Assembly (NCBI RefSeq): GCF_006345805.1
Contig: NC_043002.1
Location: 13,826,001 to 13,890,000 of the forward strand
Length of the DNA: 64,000 bases
Direction of reading: 5' to 3'
Source of the DNA: Octopus sinensis
Taxonomy: Eukaryota
The position numbers were made by a program, and so were the translations under genes. The notes beneath the pieces were generated by a model. The model was not told where the DNA came from. It saw only the letters and a list, made by a program, of their open reading frames with translations, and did no database searches. Of the stretch, positions 52,310 through 64,000 are shown in pieces (position 1 is the stretch's first letter; every line of letters starts with the position of its first letter).

Positions 52310-52660
52310 TTTTCTTGTTTACGTCTTTTCTTGTCTTTCCATTTCTCTCTCTCTCTCTCTCTCTCTCACTCCTTTGTGTTCTCTCTTTTACGGTACGTCG
52401 CCAATCTCCACGGTTGCTGGCAACTGCTTCCCAGTTGCTAATATTGATGTTGCAGGCCTTCATGTCCCTTTTGCAAACATTACAACCAGCCAGGAAAAGT
52501 CTTCGCTACATTTGCGGCACTTGCCAGAGGGCGTGTTTGTCCAGGATAGGACTACACAGCCACAGCAGGAGATGTATTAGGACATGAAATGTAAAAGCCG
52601 GACTGGATTATTTTATGCGCAACTCCATTGTCTAACGAGACAAAAAGGATGCCAACAATA
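52310..52660 (+). mobile_element. RTE-clade LINE 3' end with inverted 5' segment
   Basis: Minus 52480-52310 encodes VCKRDMKACNINISNWEAVASNRGDWRRTVKE; plus 52481-52587 encodes YICGTCQRACLSRIGLHSHSRRC; RTE-like tail CCATTGTCTAACGAGACAAAAAGGATGCC at 52625-52653. Confidence 0.8.
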
Positions 52661-53149
52661 GAATAATTTATGCCATTGACGAATGAAATCATACCAAATT
52701 ACTGTGTCTGGAAATCTGCTAAGGTCTTCTGGAGTTTGGTGAGTATTTTCACAAAATGACTATAGAGAGTAATCCTTTCTTCGAGAAGAAATTCAGCAGA
52801 AAATGCCATTTCATTTTGGTGTCAAAAATATATATACGCATTATTATTTTGCTCTTTACTGCTTTGTAAATTTATAGTCAATTATATGCAGGTATTTAGT
52901 ACTTATATTGGTTCTTTGGACTGCCCAGCCCACAGTTCTGAGTGCGTAGAACTATGGCAACAAAACGTCTAGCCGTGACCATTCCGTTTATGCTTCTACA
53001 TAAGAAACTCAAAGCATTTCATTGAAAATGGCTTTCTTCCAAGAGAGTGATAGGGGACATAAAGGATAAGTTTTGCTATTTATATCAGGTTAAATGTTCT
53101 CTTAGATGCTTCTCGTTGGCTCATAACCAACTTAATGGATGAAGTATGG

Positions 53150-53184
<35 letters not shown>

Positions 53185-54806
53185 TGTGTGTGTGTGGCAC
53201 GTCTGGTAGAAATGCAATATTTCTTCACACACTTATAATTGCAAGATGATAATAATGACATGCTTGTTACATAAAACAAAACCTATGACTTCGAACCGCT
53301 AGCTTTCATTATGCCCAATCAACGTTAAGCTCAGTCAACTGAACGGTGTTTTCATCTAGTTATACAGTAAGCGAGTATATTTTCCAGAACTACGTCTACC
53401 TGCAGTGGAATTTTGTAATATATTATCTCAGTTTAGTCCTAACTGGTTCATTACATCGCATCCCCATAGCTCAAATTTTTACTTACATTTCTCTTAGATT
53501 ATACAGGTTGCCATGAATCCTAAAATGGCCAAATAAAATGTTTATACTAAAACATAAATTCCTCTTCTCACAAACGCAGTATAATTATCAAATTAATCTA
53601 ACATCACGTGTTTTTTTTTTTCAGCTGAAATAGTAAAAGTACATAGCATTCGGATGTAATTTTATCTCATACAGCTTTCGATTTTGGTGATTAAAAGCCG
53701 CTTGGGAAGAAAAAATAAAAAAAGAATTGCTAACGATTGTATGTGAAAATGTACTTTTACGGTTTTCTAGTAATTTAACTTGGGAAATCTTCCTGCATTT
53801 CTTATTTATTTCGAGGGAATCTTCTGTAAGTAATCTTTAAAGATGAATGGGAAAAAATCATAGTTGTCTCACTAACATAATTATAGCCTTTAATCTTGAT
53901 TATTTCATTTTAAAACATCACATGTTTGTTCTATATCATGACATAGATTGTATATAAAGATTATCACTAATATAAAATTTCATTATGCTTTTAGCGGATA
54001 TAGTTTCGTTCAAATTATATATTTATAAAAGTACAAATTTTGTGCACACAAGATAATTGAAATTTAAATTACCTTCATGCGTTTAAACCTTCCAAACCAA
54101 ATCTAACACATTGAGAAAATTCGTAACGTTTTGTATTCTAGTTCAGTGTCAAACCACAGTCCACCATGCGGCCAGTAATATTGTGGCCAGATCGATCTAG
54201 TTCAGTGCAAGACCTTAAATCACGTTGTTGTTGGAAATAGAACCAAGATCAATGCAATTTTGCCCCTGATCAGCAATAAGAACCAGTTCGAAATATTGAA
54301 GTCACAGACAACAGCCCATCTAAAACAATTTAACACCAACCTTCGCGAAACACTTTATCTGATTCTGAATTTTCTTAGATGATATCAGTTATAAACATTT
54401 ACAACACTTCAAATACTTATATTGATAAACAATCAGAATATCTTATGCAATCACACGCGAAGTATTTTCATCCAATGTTAATCTGATATATTTTATTTTT
54501 ATATTTATTTTTAACCTATTCAGCCAAATATAGAATACGACCGTTTCTATCGGGATTTTGAATTGTCATGTATCAATAATGCTACTTCACCCATGACAAC
54601 TACTTGTTTCAGATTGATTCCTCTCAGAGGTCCGTATATGACTTATGGCTTTCGTCTAGTATACAATGGAAACCTAGATTTGGCCAAACATTGAAATTAC
54701 TCTTACCATTTAGAAAATAAATATCTAATTCAACTTTAGCTATCGAGTCCAGTTGAAGATACATACATAAATGGAAACATACGTATTTACAAACACACAC
54801 ACACGT

Positions 54807-54850
<44 letters not shown>

Positions 54851-54876
54851 TATATATAATGCGTATATGCATTGGC

Positions 54877-54913
<37 letters not shown>

Positions 54914-55654
54914 ATAATGCGTATATGCATTGGCATATATAGGCATACATACATATATAAACACATACTGGTCAATATTAATATGAATTAGATTTAGATT
55001 CGCTAGACATGTCTATATATCGAATTTAGATATGTCACCGCAACAAGAACATATATTGACTCTGATTTACACTTTCTCCAAAAGTAGCCACATCGGATAC
55101 ACTCAGACACATCGGCATATAGATATAGACACAAACACCCATACGCACACAGTTATAATAAAACATTATGTAAAGATACAAATGAAAATCAAAAAGACAT
55201 TTTAAATCACAAAATACCAGTGAATAAGGAAATCAATGTGTGTGAAGAAAATCTTATATAAAAATATAGATTTTTAAAGAGATAGATAAATGTAAAAATC
55301 AAACAACTATTGAACAGGGAAAACTACTTCTGAAAAGCTGGCGACAGTGTGATGTGTTAGGCATTGTTAACTTGGGAATAATCACATTATAGGTCTGGAT
55401 ACATATGTTATTTAAGGTTATATAAGTAACGTTTTGTAATACCATAAAGAGAAATTAATGCGATATAAATGCATATAAAATATAGCGGATTAAAAAAGAA
55501 ATCACAGTATCACATGTTTCACAGATATTTTCTTATGAATTTTTAAGTAAGTTACAGCTAAAATATTTAATGTGTGGAACGTTAGCAGACTAACTAAAAA
55601 TATATTTGAAATGTGGAAAGAAAATTATATCGGTGAAGAGATAATAATATTTAT

Positions 55655-56140
55655 CTAATTACCACATTTTGCAGATGGCGTCTGTGAACTATCCATTGTC
55701 TAAACAATTTTGTAATTCAAATCTACTGTTTTTTTTTATATTCCCGAACAAACTCTGGTTTTAGATTTAGACATTAAACAGATGTCTTTTACCATATTTT
55801 TGGATAGATCCATGGCGTTTAAGTAAAACAGGGTAGGCAGGAAATGTAAGGCCATTTCGAGGATAAACTACGGTGCTAGACATCTATATTGAACTACATA
55901 TTTCTATTATCAATATGAATTCAATACAGGTTTATATCCCCATTAAGTACTTTGGATGACTTTATCGGAGCCCTTATACATTGCATACAATCAGATTACG
56001 AATGCGATTGCTCGATATCTTAATGTTAAGATTACGTATTATGTTTACCAATGAGTCATTGATTATCTTTCTGTTAATTTCTTTCGAATATCCCTCAAAA
56101 TAATCTGAACATTAGCATTCTTTTTCTTCTGTGACTTACA
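55655..56140 (-). pseudogene. Heavily decayed mariner-like (rosa/DD41D-like) transposase remnant
   Basis: Minus fragments PRNGLTFPAY, LNAMD and terminal QNCLDNG*FTDAICK resemble SRNG..WP..SPDL..D and QQC..N.G.HL.DIIFK. Confidence 0.45.
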
Positions 56141-56728
56141 TGATGGAGTCCTATTCGTACTAAATATTTCATTACAAGATGAATTTGAACATTGATCCCC
56201 AAAATAAATGCTTTCAGATTTCCTGTGATCCTGAAAATATTCAGGACTGTAATATATTGGCGTAGTAGTATAAGATTGGTAGGTTCCGATGTCTAGAACT
56301 ACAGTCTATGTTGTCAGACGATGATATTGAGAGGTGAGTCTCTGCGGTCAAAGGAGTGTGAATTAAATTCTATGTAAAATTAGCAAATAATAATCGGCCA
56401 TAACATTGATGCTGCCAAGTCTAATGTGTCTCACACTTAGGTTTCTTATTAACAAATTGTACCAAATTTTCTTTATTACACCTGATATTGAAAATGTCAT
56501 ACACCAAACATCAACTTACAGTAGTTTAAACAAAACAATCATTGCTTCGGACTCAATTATTCCGTAAATAACTTCAATGTTTAGAAATATATGTCACACA
56601 CCTCATACTTATATGCATACATAGGTACATACCTACATACGTATATATATGAGTGTGTGTTTGTATATACACATACAAATATACATACATATATGCGTAC
56701 ATATAAGCGGTAGACATGCGGTATGTAG

Positions 56729-56759
<31 letters not shown>

Positions 56760-56770
56760 TACATACATAC

Positions 56771-56827
<57 letters not shown>

Positions 56828-57027
56828 AATAGAGAAAGAAATAGGGAGAGAGAATAGTGTTTACCCTACATACACCAAAGTTACATACAGGCTTTCTAAC
56901 TAGTAATTTTGCTTGATTGTTTTATTTTCTTCTTTGCAACACAGTTCATACTTAAACGTATATCGATCCGTATTAAGCTGCTGCAGGTACGATTAACATC
57001 GGGTGTGAGAGTCAGTCATATATATAA

Positions 57028-57424
57028 CTAGCAGTATCGCCCGGCGTTGCTCGGATTTATAAGGAAAATAACTATAAAGCATTTTTAGAGAGTTATAACC
57101 AAACAATAGCAAAAAATGCATTAAAAATGGAAAAAAAATGATGGTAAATTTTATTTAAGTCGTTGACTCATCGTAGACATTTTTAGAGAGTTACTTCGCC
57201 TATATAATAGCGAGAAAAAATGCATTAAAATAGAAAACAATGATGGTAAATTATTTTTAAATTCGTAGACTCATCGTAGACGCGCGCTAATACCCAGAAG
57301 GGCTCGATATGAATCACGACTATAAGATACCCGGTTTTGGTTAAACTGCACCGCAAAATGTGGGAGTAGTTAGGAATCTAAATCGTAGGAGACAGACACA
57401 CAACCTTACTTTTATATATAAAGA
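57028..57424 (-). mobile_element. Short non-autonomous Helitron, same family as 43465-44300
   Basis: A|TC 5' end (57424), hairpin CCGAGCAACGCCGGG plus CTAG|T 3' end (57028); internal ~100-bp tandem duplication. Confidence 0.85.
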
Positions 57425-57544
57425 TGTGTGTATGTATATATATATATATATATATATATTGATATTTATATTTATATTTGAATAAATATATATGTTTGTG
57501 AACTAATATTGTTTGTTTTGCTGAAGGTTTTTAAAAGAAAATAG

Positions 57545-57870
57545 ACGGTTAAGCTTAAGATAACTTTGGTCGTTGAAAAGATATTCTGAAAGTCGTCTAT
57601 TGATCTCACACGAAGATTCTCTATATCAGTGGTGTACTTGGTGTGGTACTTCCACCTTTCGCTTCCTGGCATGACACAAATTTTGGGATGCTACGAAATG
57701 TTACATGAAAGGAATTGTTGCAAAATTTGAAAAGCATAGGTTGCCTATGGTATACTGAGTTGAAGGCATGTGAAATGTATTCATCAAAATCGACAATTTC
57801 AATGTTATCGCTGTAGTTACAAATTTGCTTCAGTAAAATGGGGATGATGTAGGCTTTTGCAGCCATTTTC
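57545..57870 (-). pseudogene. CR1/L2-like LINE reverse transcriptase remnant
   Basis: HAFNSVYHRQPMLFK (cf KAFDSV.H..LL.K) and YTTDIENLRVRSIDDF (cf YINDL......FADD); probable upstream part at 59770-59950. Confidence 0.45.
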
Positions 57871-57871
57871 G

Positions 57872-59767
57872 AACGGTTTCATTCAATTTGATAATTGGGT
57901 CATTCAAAGTCGCGGAAAAAATTATCGCCATGAAGTTAGCCATTCAAATTCGTTTTCCGAATTATACAATTTTGCAGCTCGGTCAAAGAAATTAGCATTT
58001 ATATCATTCAAATTAAAATACCGATCGAGATCATTCAAATTAGCGTATTTTGGATCATTCAAATTCGTTTCGGAGCAATCTGTTTAATTCCTGGAGCAAT
58101 CAATTTAGCACAATGGCTGTTTTCGTTTTATCTCATGATCATTGTTATCATAATCATATATTTTCCTCTGTTGTTTATGCTTTAAGCACTCTACCGTGGT
58201 CTTGTTTTTTCTATGTATTCTTTTATTTTTGTATAGGTATTAATTATTAAATGAAATCGCATTCCAACCTTTTCAATCTTTTTAAAGAAACTCACAATTA
58301 CAACAAATGCTTATCCTCTTTGATTCTGAATACATTATGTTGTGTTATGTGTTCTTTTGTGTAAGTAATATTTCTTGGGAAAAGCATATACGTGGTGATT
58401 GAAAAGTAACTCCCTATTTTAAAATACTTATAATTTATTTATTAACTAAAATTATTTAAAAAAACCGAATATGTAAAGAAAGTGTATAGCATGGAATCTT
58501 ATTTAAAATTTGATATAGGCATCGGCATTCACCACCAGCTTCTGAAGCCGCTTGGGAACCACATCAACTTAGAGCCAGATTGCGCCATTTCTGTAGAGTT
58601 AAGAAACCGCGAGTAGGGAGGCAGGAGTTTCAGACTGATCCTCGGGTCATCTGAGATGTCGACCCGAGCATGTAGCTGGGCGTTGTCGTAGATCAAGTAG
58701 ACGGATTCATCCGCTGGGAACATGTCGGCACATGCTGGAACTTTTTCCACCAAGAACTTATCGAAAGAGCTTCGTGAAACGGTATCGTTCGCAATGGTTT
58801 GGGGAACCAGATGGACTTCTACCGACACCGCGGAAGTGACGTTTGACAACTCGGCGAACAGGAACACCTCGAGGAGCTCGTCCAAAAGACAGCGTGGTCC
58901 AAATGCTGTACCCACATTCATAAATGAATACAATTCTCTTCCATGAACTAATGCACATACCCATAACGCTTTCCCAGAGTTCTTGGTGCATTTCTTGAAA
59001 CTGGGACGTCTTCGGCCAACTTCATAGTTATCAAAATCCCACCTAGAGCCCGTGAGATTGCAGACACTTCCTCGAAGTCCCTCTTCATGTGTTGAAGGGT
59101 TGCGAGTGGGTTGGCATCAATAATCACCTGAAACCTGGCTCGCATTTCCTTATCAACCTTAACGTGGTGAGCACCTCCTCTGGGCAACTTGTGACACCTC
59201 CTAAACCGTAAGTAGGTCGCTACTATGGATCTGAAAGTACTCCTTTTAATACCAAGTGTATCCACTAGTTGCAGGCAATCAGTTTGACGACCCTCGAAGG
59301 AGTCAACCAGCCTTGCCCTAACTTCGTCCGATATACGCATGAACCTTATGCGGGGCTCCATGATTACAAGTTGGTGTAAGAGAAAAGGATATAGAATGCC
59401 ACTGATACCGACCGGTTACGAATGTTGCAATGAAAAAAACTTTCGTGGACAGAAGAATCACATAATTTATTTCTTCCTTGTAGCTAGAACAACAATAAAA
59501 TTTGCATGACAAAACATGCCATTTAAATTTGCCATTTTTAACATTCACGTCTTAGAATGTGAGTAAAATCACACATGTAAAATTAATGCTAAATTGAATA
59601 AAATTATGCCGAACTTGAATGCTCAGGTGCGAATTTAAATGATCGAAAAGACGCTTCCTTGCATTCCAACTAATTTGAATGCCCTCGACGGCCATTTTAA
59701 TTTGAATGATGTAAATGTTAAATTCTTTTGTCGAAAGACCTGATTAAGAAATTGAATGACAAACGTA
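57872..59767 (-). mobile_element. IS630/Tc1/mariner-superfamily DDE transposon with long repeat-containing TIRs
   Basis: Three overlapping frameshifted ORFs 58948-59361, 58758-58991, 58529-58933 (IVFIYECGYSIW..GRAPRG; LIYDNAQLH; LPPYSRFLNSTE). TIRs ~57872-58085 and ~59610-59767 share repeated TCATTCAAATT. Confidence 0.8.
58389..58528 (+). mobile_element. Probable mariner end fragment interrupting the IS630-like transposase
   Basis: Begins TACGTGGTGATTGAAAAGT, mariner-TIR-like; coincides with loss of transposase similarity just after the catalytic E. Confidence 0.4.
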
Positions 59768-61952
59768 CAAAAACCTATACTAGAAGGTTACAGTAAATTA
59801 TATTTCGGTATAGGTTAATTAGAGTTGAAAATGCCTATAATCGGGAATGTCAGTTTGATTATAGAGAAGAGGGTCAGATTTTTGAGTACCAGATGCCTGT
59901 AGCAAGCATAACTGTATAAAAACATTAGATACCCAGTTTAAGTAAGTCGGAGTTAAAGAATCAATATAGCCTGAAAAAAAAACCTTGCAATATTTGGTCG
60001 TGTCACTGTACGCTTAACATTTTGTAGTAATATTGATTGAAAGAGCGTAGGGAAATTGCCGTAGGGAGTTGAATCAAACATAAATAATCCAAATCTCTGC
60101 TGTCTTCTTTCATTTCTACCCTGTTAAGTTTATACTGAAGAACAACAGTCCGAAACGTCGGATTTTCTACTGACGACCGCAATTTCACTGTACTCATTCC
60201 GCCGATTTTTCTCAAAAGTACAGGTCTTGCGAAATATACGATAACCAGTCTCAATGGGTTTCGTTATATGTCATAACTTTACTTCAGTGTTCCTGGGGAT
60301 AGTGTAGTATTGTCTTTTGAAAATGAAGTTTACGTTTGTACATTATATCCGCCCTGATTTATCAGAGTTCAAGGAGTGTTGATTTTGATGCCACTTTTGT
60401 GTCTCAACTGCTATACAAACAACATAAGTCATGTTTTATTTTGCTGAGCAGAGGAGTGTTTTTTGTTTTGCGTTTCGTACATACTGTGTGTTTGGTGTCA
60501 TATGTTTTACTGTTGGCACGAGATTATGAAGCGTATGCAGTATGCATATTCAGTTATTTGAATGGATGATCACCCTGTATAACATAAGGTATGGTAGTCA
60601 TTGATATTCGATTGCAGGGTTCACAAATATATACGCAATCGTGTGGCGTAATTATTTTAAATGATTAGGAGAGTATGTATTATGTTGTACAGGTGTTTTG
60701 AATTCTGTATTTTTCTACAGTCCACTTTTCGCGTATTACGTGTTGAGTGTAGCAGGTTTAATTTTCGACCGTTTGTAACATCCTGTGCCCTGGTATAATT
60801 TATATTTTAATCTTATTTGTTCATTATATACATAAACTGTAGAAATAGTTGTAGAAGTAGTGCTGGTGGTGGTATTAGTAGTAATAGTGGCAGTAGTAAT
60901 AATAGGGTTAGTGGTCTTAGTATTAACAGTAGCAACAAATTTGCATCCGCTATAACATCGCATCCTGCATCCACCATTTATTAGTGATTCCATACTCCTG
61001 GCGGATGACACCTTTGCACCAATGAAGCGTCAACCTTCCAATCCATGGGTCTGTTTGAATAGTCGTTGTTTGTGAGGGTTTTATAAGGTCAGAGAGCAAA
61101 TCGTAAGTTAACCTTTACAGTCGCCTTTTGTGACACGCAGAAGAAACGCTGGGTCTTACCATTTCCATGTTGATCCTCACATAGTCCAACGGTAATAATT
61201 TCTACTGTTTTGTATTTTCAGACTATATAAACTGCTTATGTCATTTTCAAGGAAGTTAAATAAATTCCTTATTCTTATTTCGATGCACTGCTTGTTAAGG
61301 GCTCTTGAAACGCGTCTCTATAATTCACTTGTCCAGAATTTGCTTGAATGCATTCATGTCATTTTGAAAACTTTATATCAAATTACATTAGATTTCTGGT
61401 GCGGTTCTCTCAGGAATTCACTTGTCGGACGTGTGTTTGACAGTGAATACATCAAAGACTTTGCTTTGTGTAAGCATTGTCACTGTTTTGTTTAACGTAT
61501 TTCTTCAATTCCCTCTTGTCTTCTCGAATAAATACGTAAGCTGAGAGGGTCTTCTGGTTATTGATGTTCAATGGTTGTTAAATTTTATTCTCCTCTTGTT
61601 ATAATTGGTGCTTATTCCCCGGTTTGTGTTGCTTTCTTGGCTGCTGAGACTTACGTTCAAAGACTCCGATAGTCTAGATGTTCACAGATGCAGAGACTTT
61701 AGAGTGGGCATTTCTTGCGATGGAGTATTATTTATGCATCAGTGGGGAAATACATGACAACAAACACTAACTATAAATAAATATCAGATGAAAATTATGA
61801 TGAATCTAACGACATTCTTGTTTGAGAATATAATCAATGAGAGAAGAATAAGGCGCCGAATAATACTGAATAAAATCGCAAAGAGGATGAAGATATATGT
61901 GAGAGAGAGCGTGTGTATGTGTGCGTGAGAGAGTGTGCTAGTGTGTATATAT

Positions 61953-61988
<36 letters not shown>

Positions 61989-63599
61989 GAGAGAGTATGT
62001 GTATATGTGTGTGTGTGAGAGAGAAAGAGAGACTACGTGAGTGTGTGAGAAACAGAGGTAAAAAGCAGCAGAGCAAAATAAAAAGAGTAACACAGCATAT
62101 GACAAAGACCAGGCCACAATCATTTGGGACAAGCTTATTTAGACTGACAAGACGTGCAAGTCCATCTAGGTAATAATTTTAAAGGGTTACAACAAAAATG
62201 TTTGTATTCTAATAACTATCTTGATCCATTCTGTCTATAACCTTGCACATAATAACGTAGAGAAGCTGCCATGTTAAATGTTTTTTGAAACTAAAATAAC
62301 CTGGATGAGGGTGGAAATATCCAATTAGCTATGCTCTAGGTATGATTATAATTGAGCGCAAAAGTATATAACGAAATTCAAAAAAAGGTTCTTGTAGGTT
62401 TCGAAAGATAGCCTACTTGTTTCAGCCTACATTTTACGCAAAACGAATTTAATGCAAAAGAGCTACAGAAACAGTCGTCTTATAATAACATACTTGTACT
62501 GTTATTACACAATTGATATCTGATTCTATTATACATCTGGTCAAGCTACTGGTAGTCGAGATATTTTATTCTCACTTTATATATGTAACAACATATTTCA
62601 TTCGTAACGAACGTATGGCTGCGAGAGAGATAACGCAAATAACACAGTGTATACAAATTACAAGAGGATCTTAACAAGATAACACAGCTCCCATTGTACA
62701 AAGTGCACCCTCTAGAAGAATTATGAAAATAACACTAGAAAGATGCAGATGTAAGAACTTTACTTCCCAACGCATGGTTTCAGATTCAGTCCCACTTCGT
62801 GGCAACCTGACCAAATGTCTTCGTATATATACTCTGGCCGACCAAAGCCATGTGGGTTGATTTGACAGAGGAAAACTGAAGGAAGCCCGTCACGTGTATA
62901 ATATATGTATATGTGTGTTAATATATAGGAATATATATATATCTTTGTGTCTGGGCGAACCCGTTGGTGTGCTTACGTCCCTATAATTTAGAAGTTTATT
63001 AAGAGACCGATATAATAAGTAGTAAGATTTTAAAAAACATAAGTACTGGGCGCGATTCATTTGACTGAAATATCTTCAAAGCGAAGTTCCAGCATGGCCG
63101 CAATCTAAGGACTGAAGCAAATCAAGTGTAAAAGATAAAAGATAATGATGTGGAAGCCATTTCATCATTATCAATCTGTAGATGTTATAGTCTTTGGTTC
63201 TAGGGCTCATAGAGCTAGTTACCCTGTTTCCATGACGCATAAGTGACCCCAAATCATAACGTTTTCGTAGACGCTAAGCTAGTATATTGCAAATTACTCA
63301 TTTATAGTTGCGTGAGCTGGAGTAATATGAAAGGAAGCGTTGTGCTCAAAAACATATGCACATACAGTCCGCAAGAACCGAAATCACAATCTTGTGATCA
63401 TGAGGAACCGGGATTGACATGAGGGATGATTACACTCCAGGAACGGCTCTGTTAGGGACACCGTGGCTTTCGAGTTTGGTACTTGGATGTTAAGTATCGC
63501 GTAAAGAAACCCTGTGAGATCCTTGGCAACAGACTGTTGTTCCTTCTTACAGAATTGGCCGGAACGAGTGAAACCAAGAATTCTGAGGAGTGAGATGGA

Positions 63600-63719
63600 A
63601 ATAACAACAACAGCACCGACAACGACAACGACACAATAATAATAACAACAACAACAACAACAGCAACAACAACAGCAGCAACAACAACAATAATAATAAT
63701 AATAACAATAATAATAATA

Positions 63720-63751
<32 letters not shown>

Positions 63752-63770
63752 AAAAATAATAATAATAATA

Positions 63771-63828
<58 letters not shown>

Positions 63829-63835
63829 TATAATA
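63600..63835. repeat. Compound trinucleotide tract (AAC/AAT/GAT)n
   Basis: Direct reading; source of the poly-Y/I/V/L ORFs. Confidence 0.98.
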
Positions 63836-64000
63836 ATAAAATAAAAAAATAATAGCAACGTTAATTATTGTTACTAGTTTTGCAGATTGTGCTGTCATTA
63901 GTGATTGCAGCTTTTCACAAACAACAAATTTGAAAATTAATCAATATGTACAGATATTATCTGATTAATGTGATATACAACCGATTCATTATATAATACA

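Overview
AT-rich, microsatellite-saturated eukaryotic DNA with no recognisable intact host gene. Almost all long ORFs in the supplied track are translations of (TA)n/(CA)n/(TCTA)n tracts. The repeat content (three tRNA-like SINE families, compound microsatellites) resembles what I recall of Octopus genomes; this is inference, not a database result. Real coding remnants are all transposable-element derived: Tc1, maT/DD37D (x2), rosa-like mariner, an IS630-like transposase, MULE, Helitron helicase, and Tx1, RTE and CR1-like LINE fragments. The most interesting layer is non-coding. Several type I hammerhead ribozyme (HHR) motifs with palindromic (dimer-type) stem III are present; two have canonical cores (4404-4477 on + with an inverted twin, and 36857-36960 on -). 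Three HHR-bearing loci are fold-back inverted duplications next to (TA)n, consistent with Penelope-like non-autonomous elements. Also present: Tx1 LINE copies stacked in (TCTA)n, an RTE with twin-priming-type 5' inversion, a Merlin-like MITE carrying TTAGGG, 184-bp SINE multimers, and a CpG-rich YY1/ETS promoter candidate near 36.0 kb. All alignments, folds and counts were done by eye.
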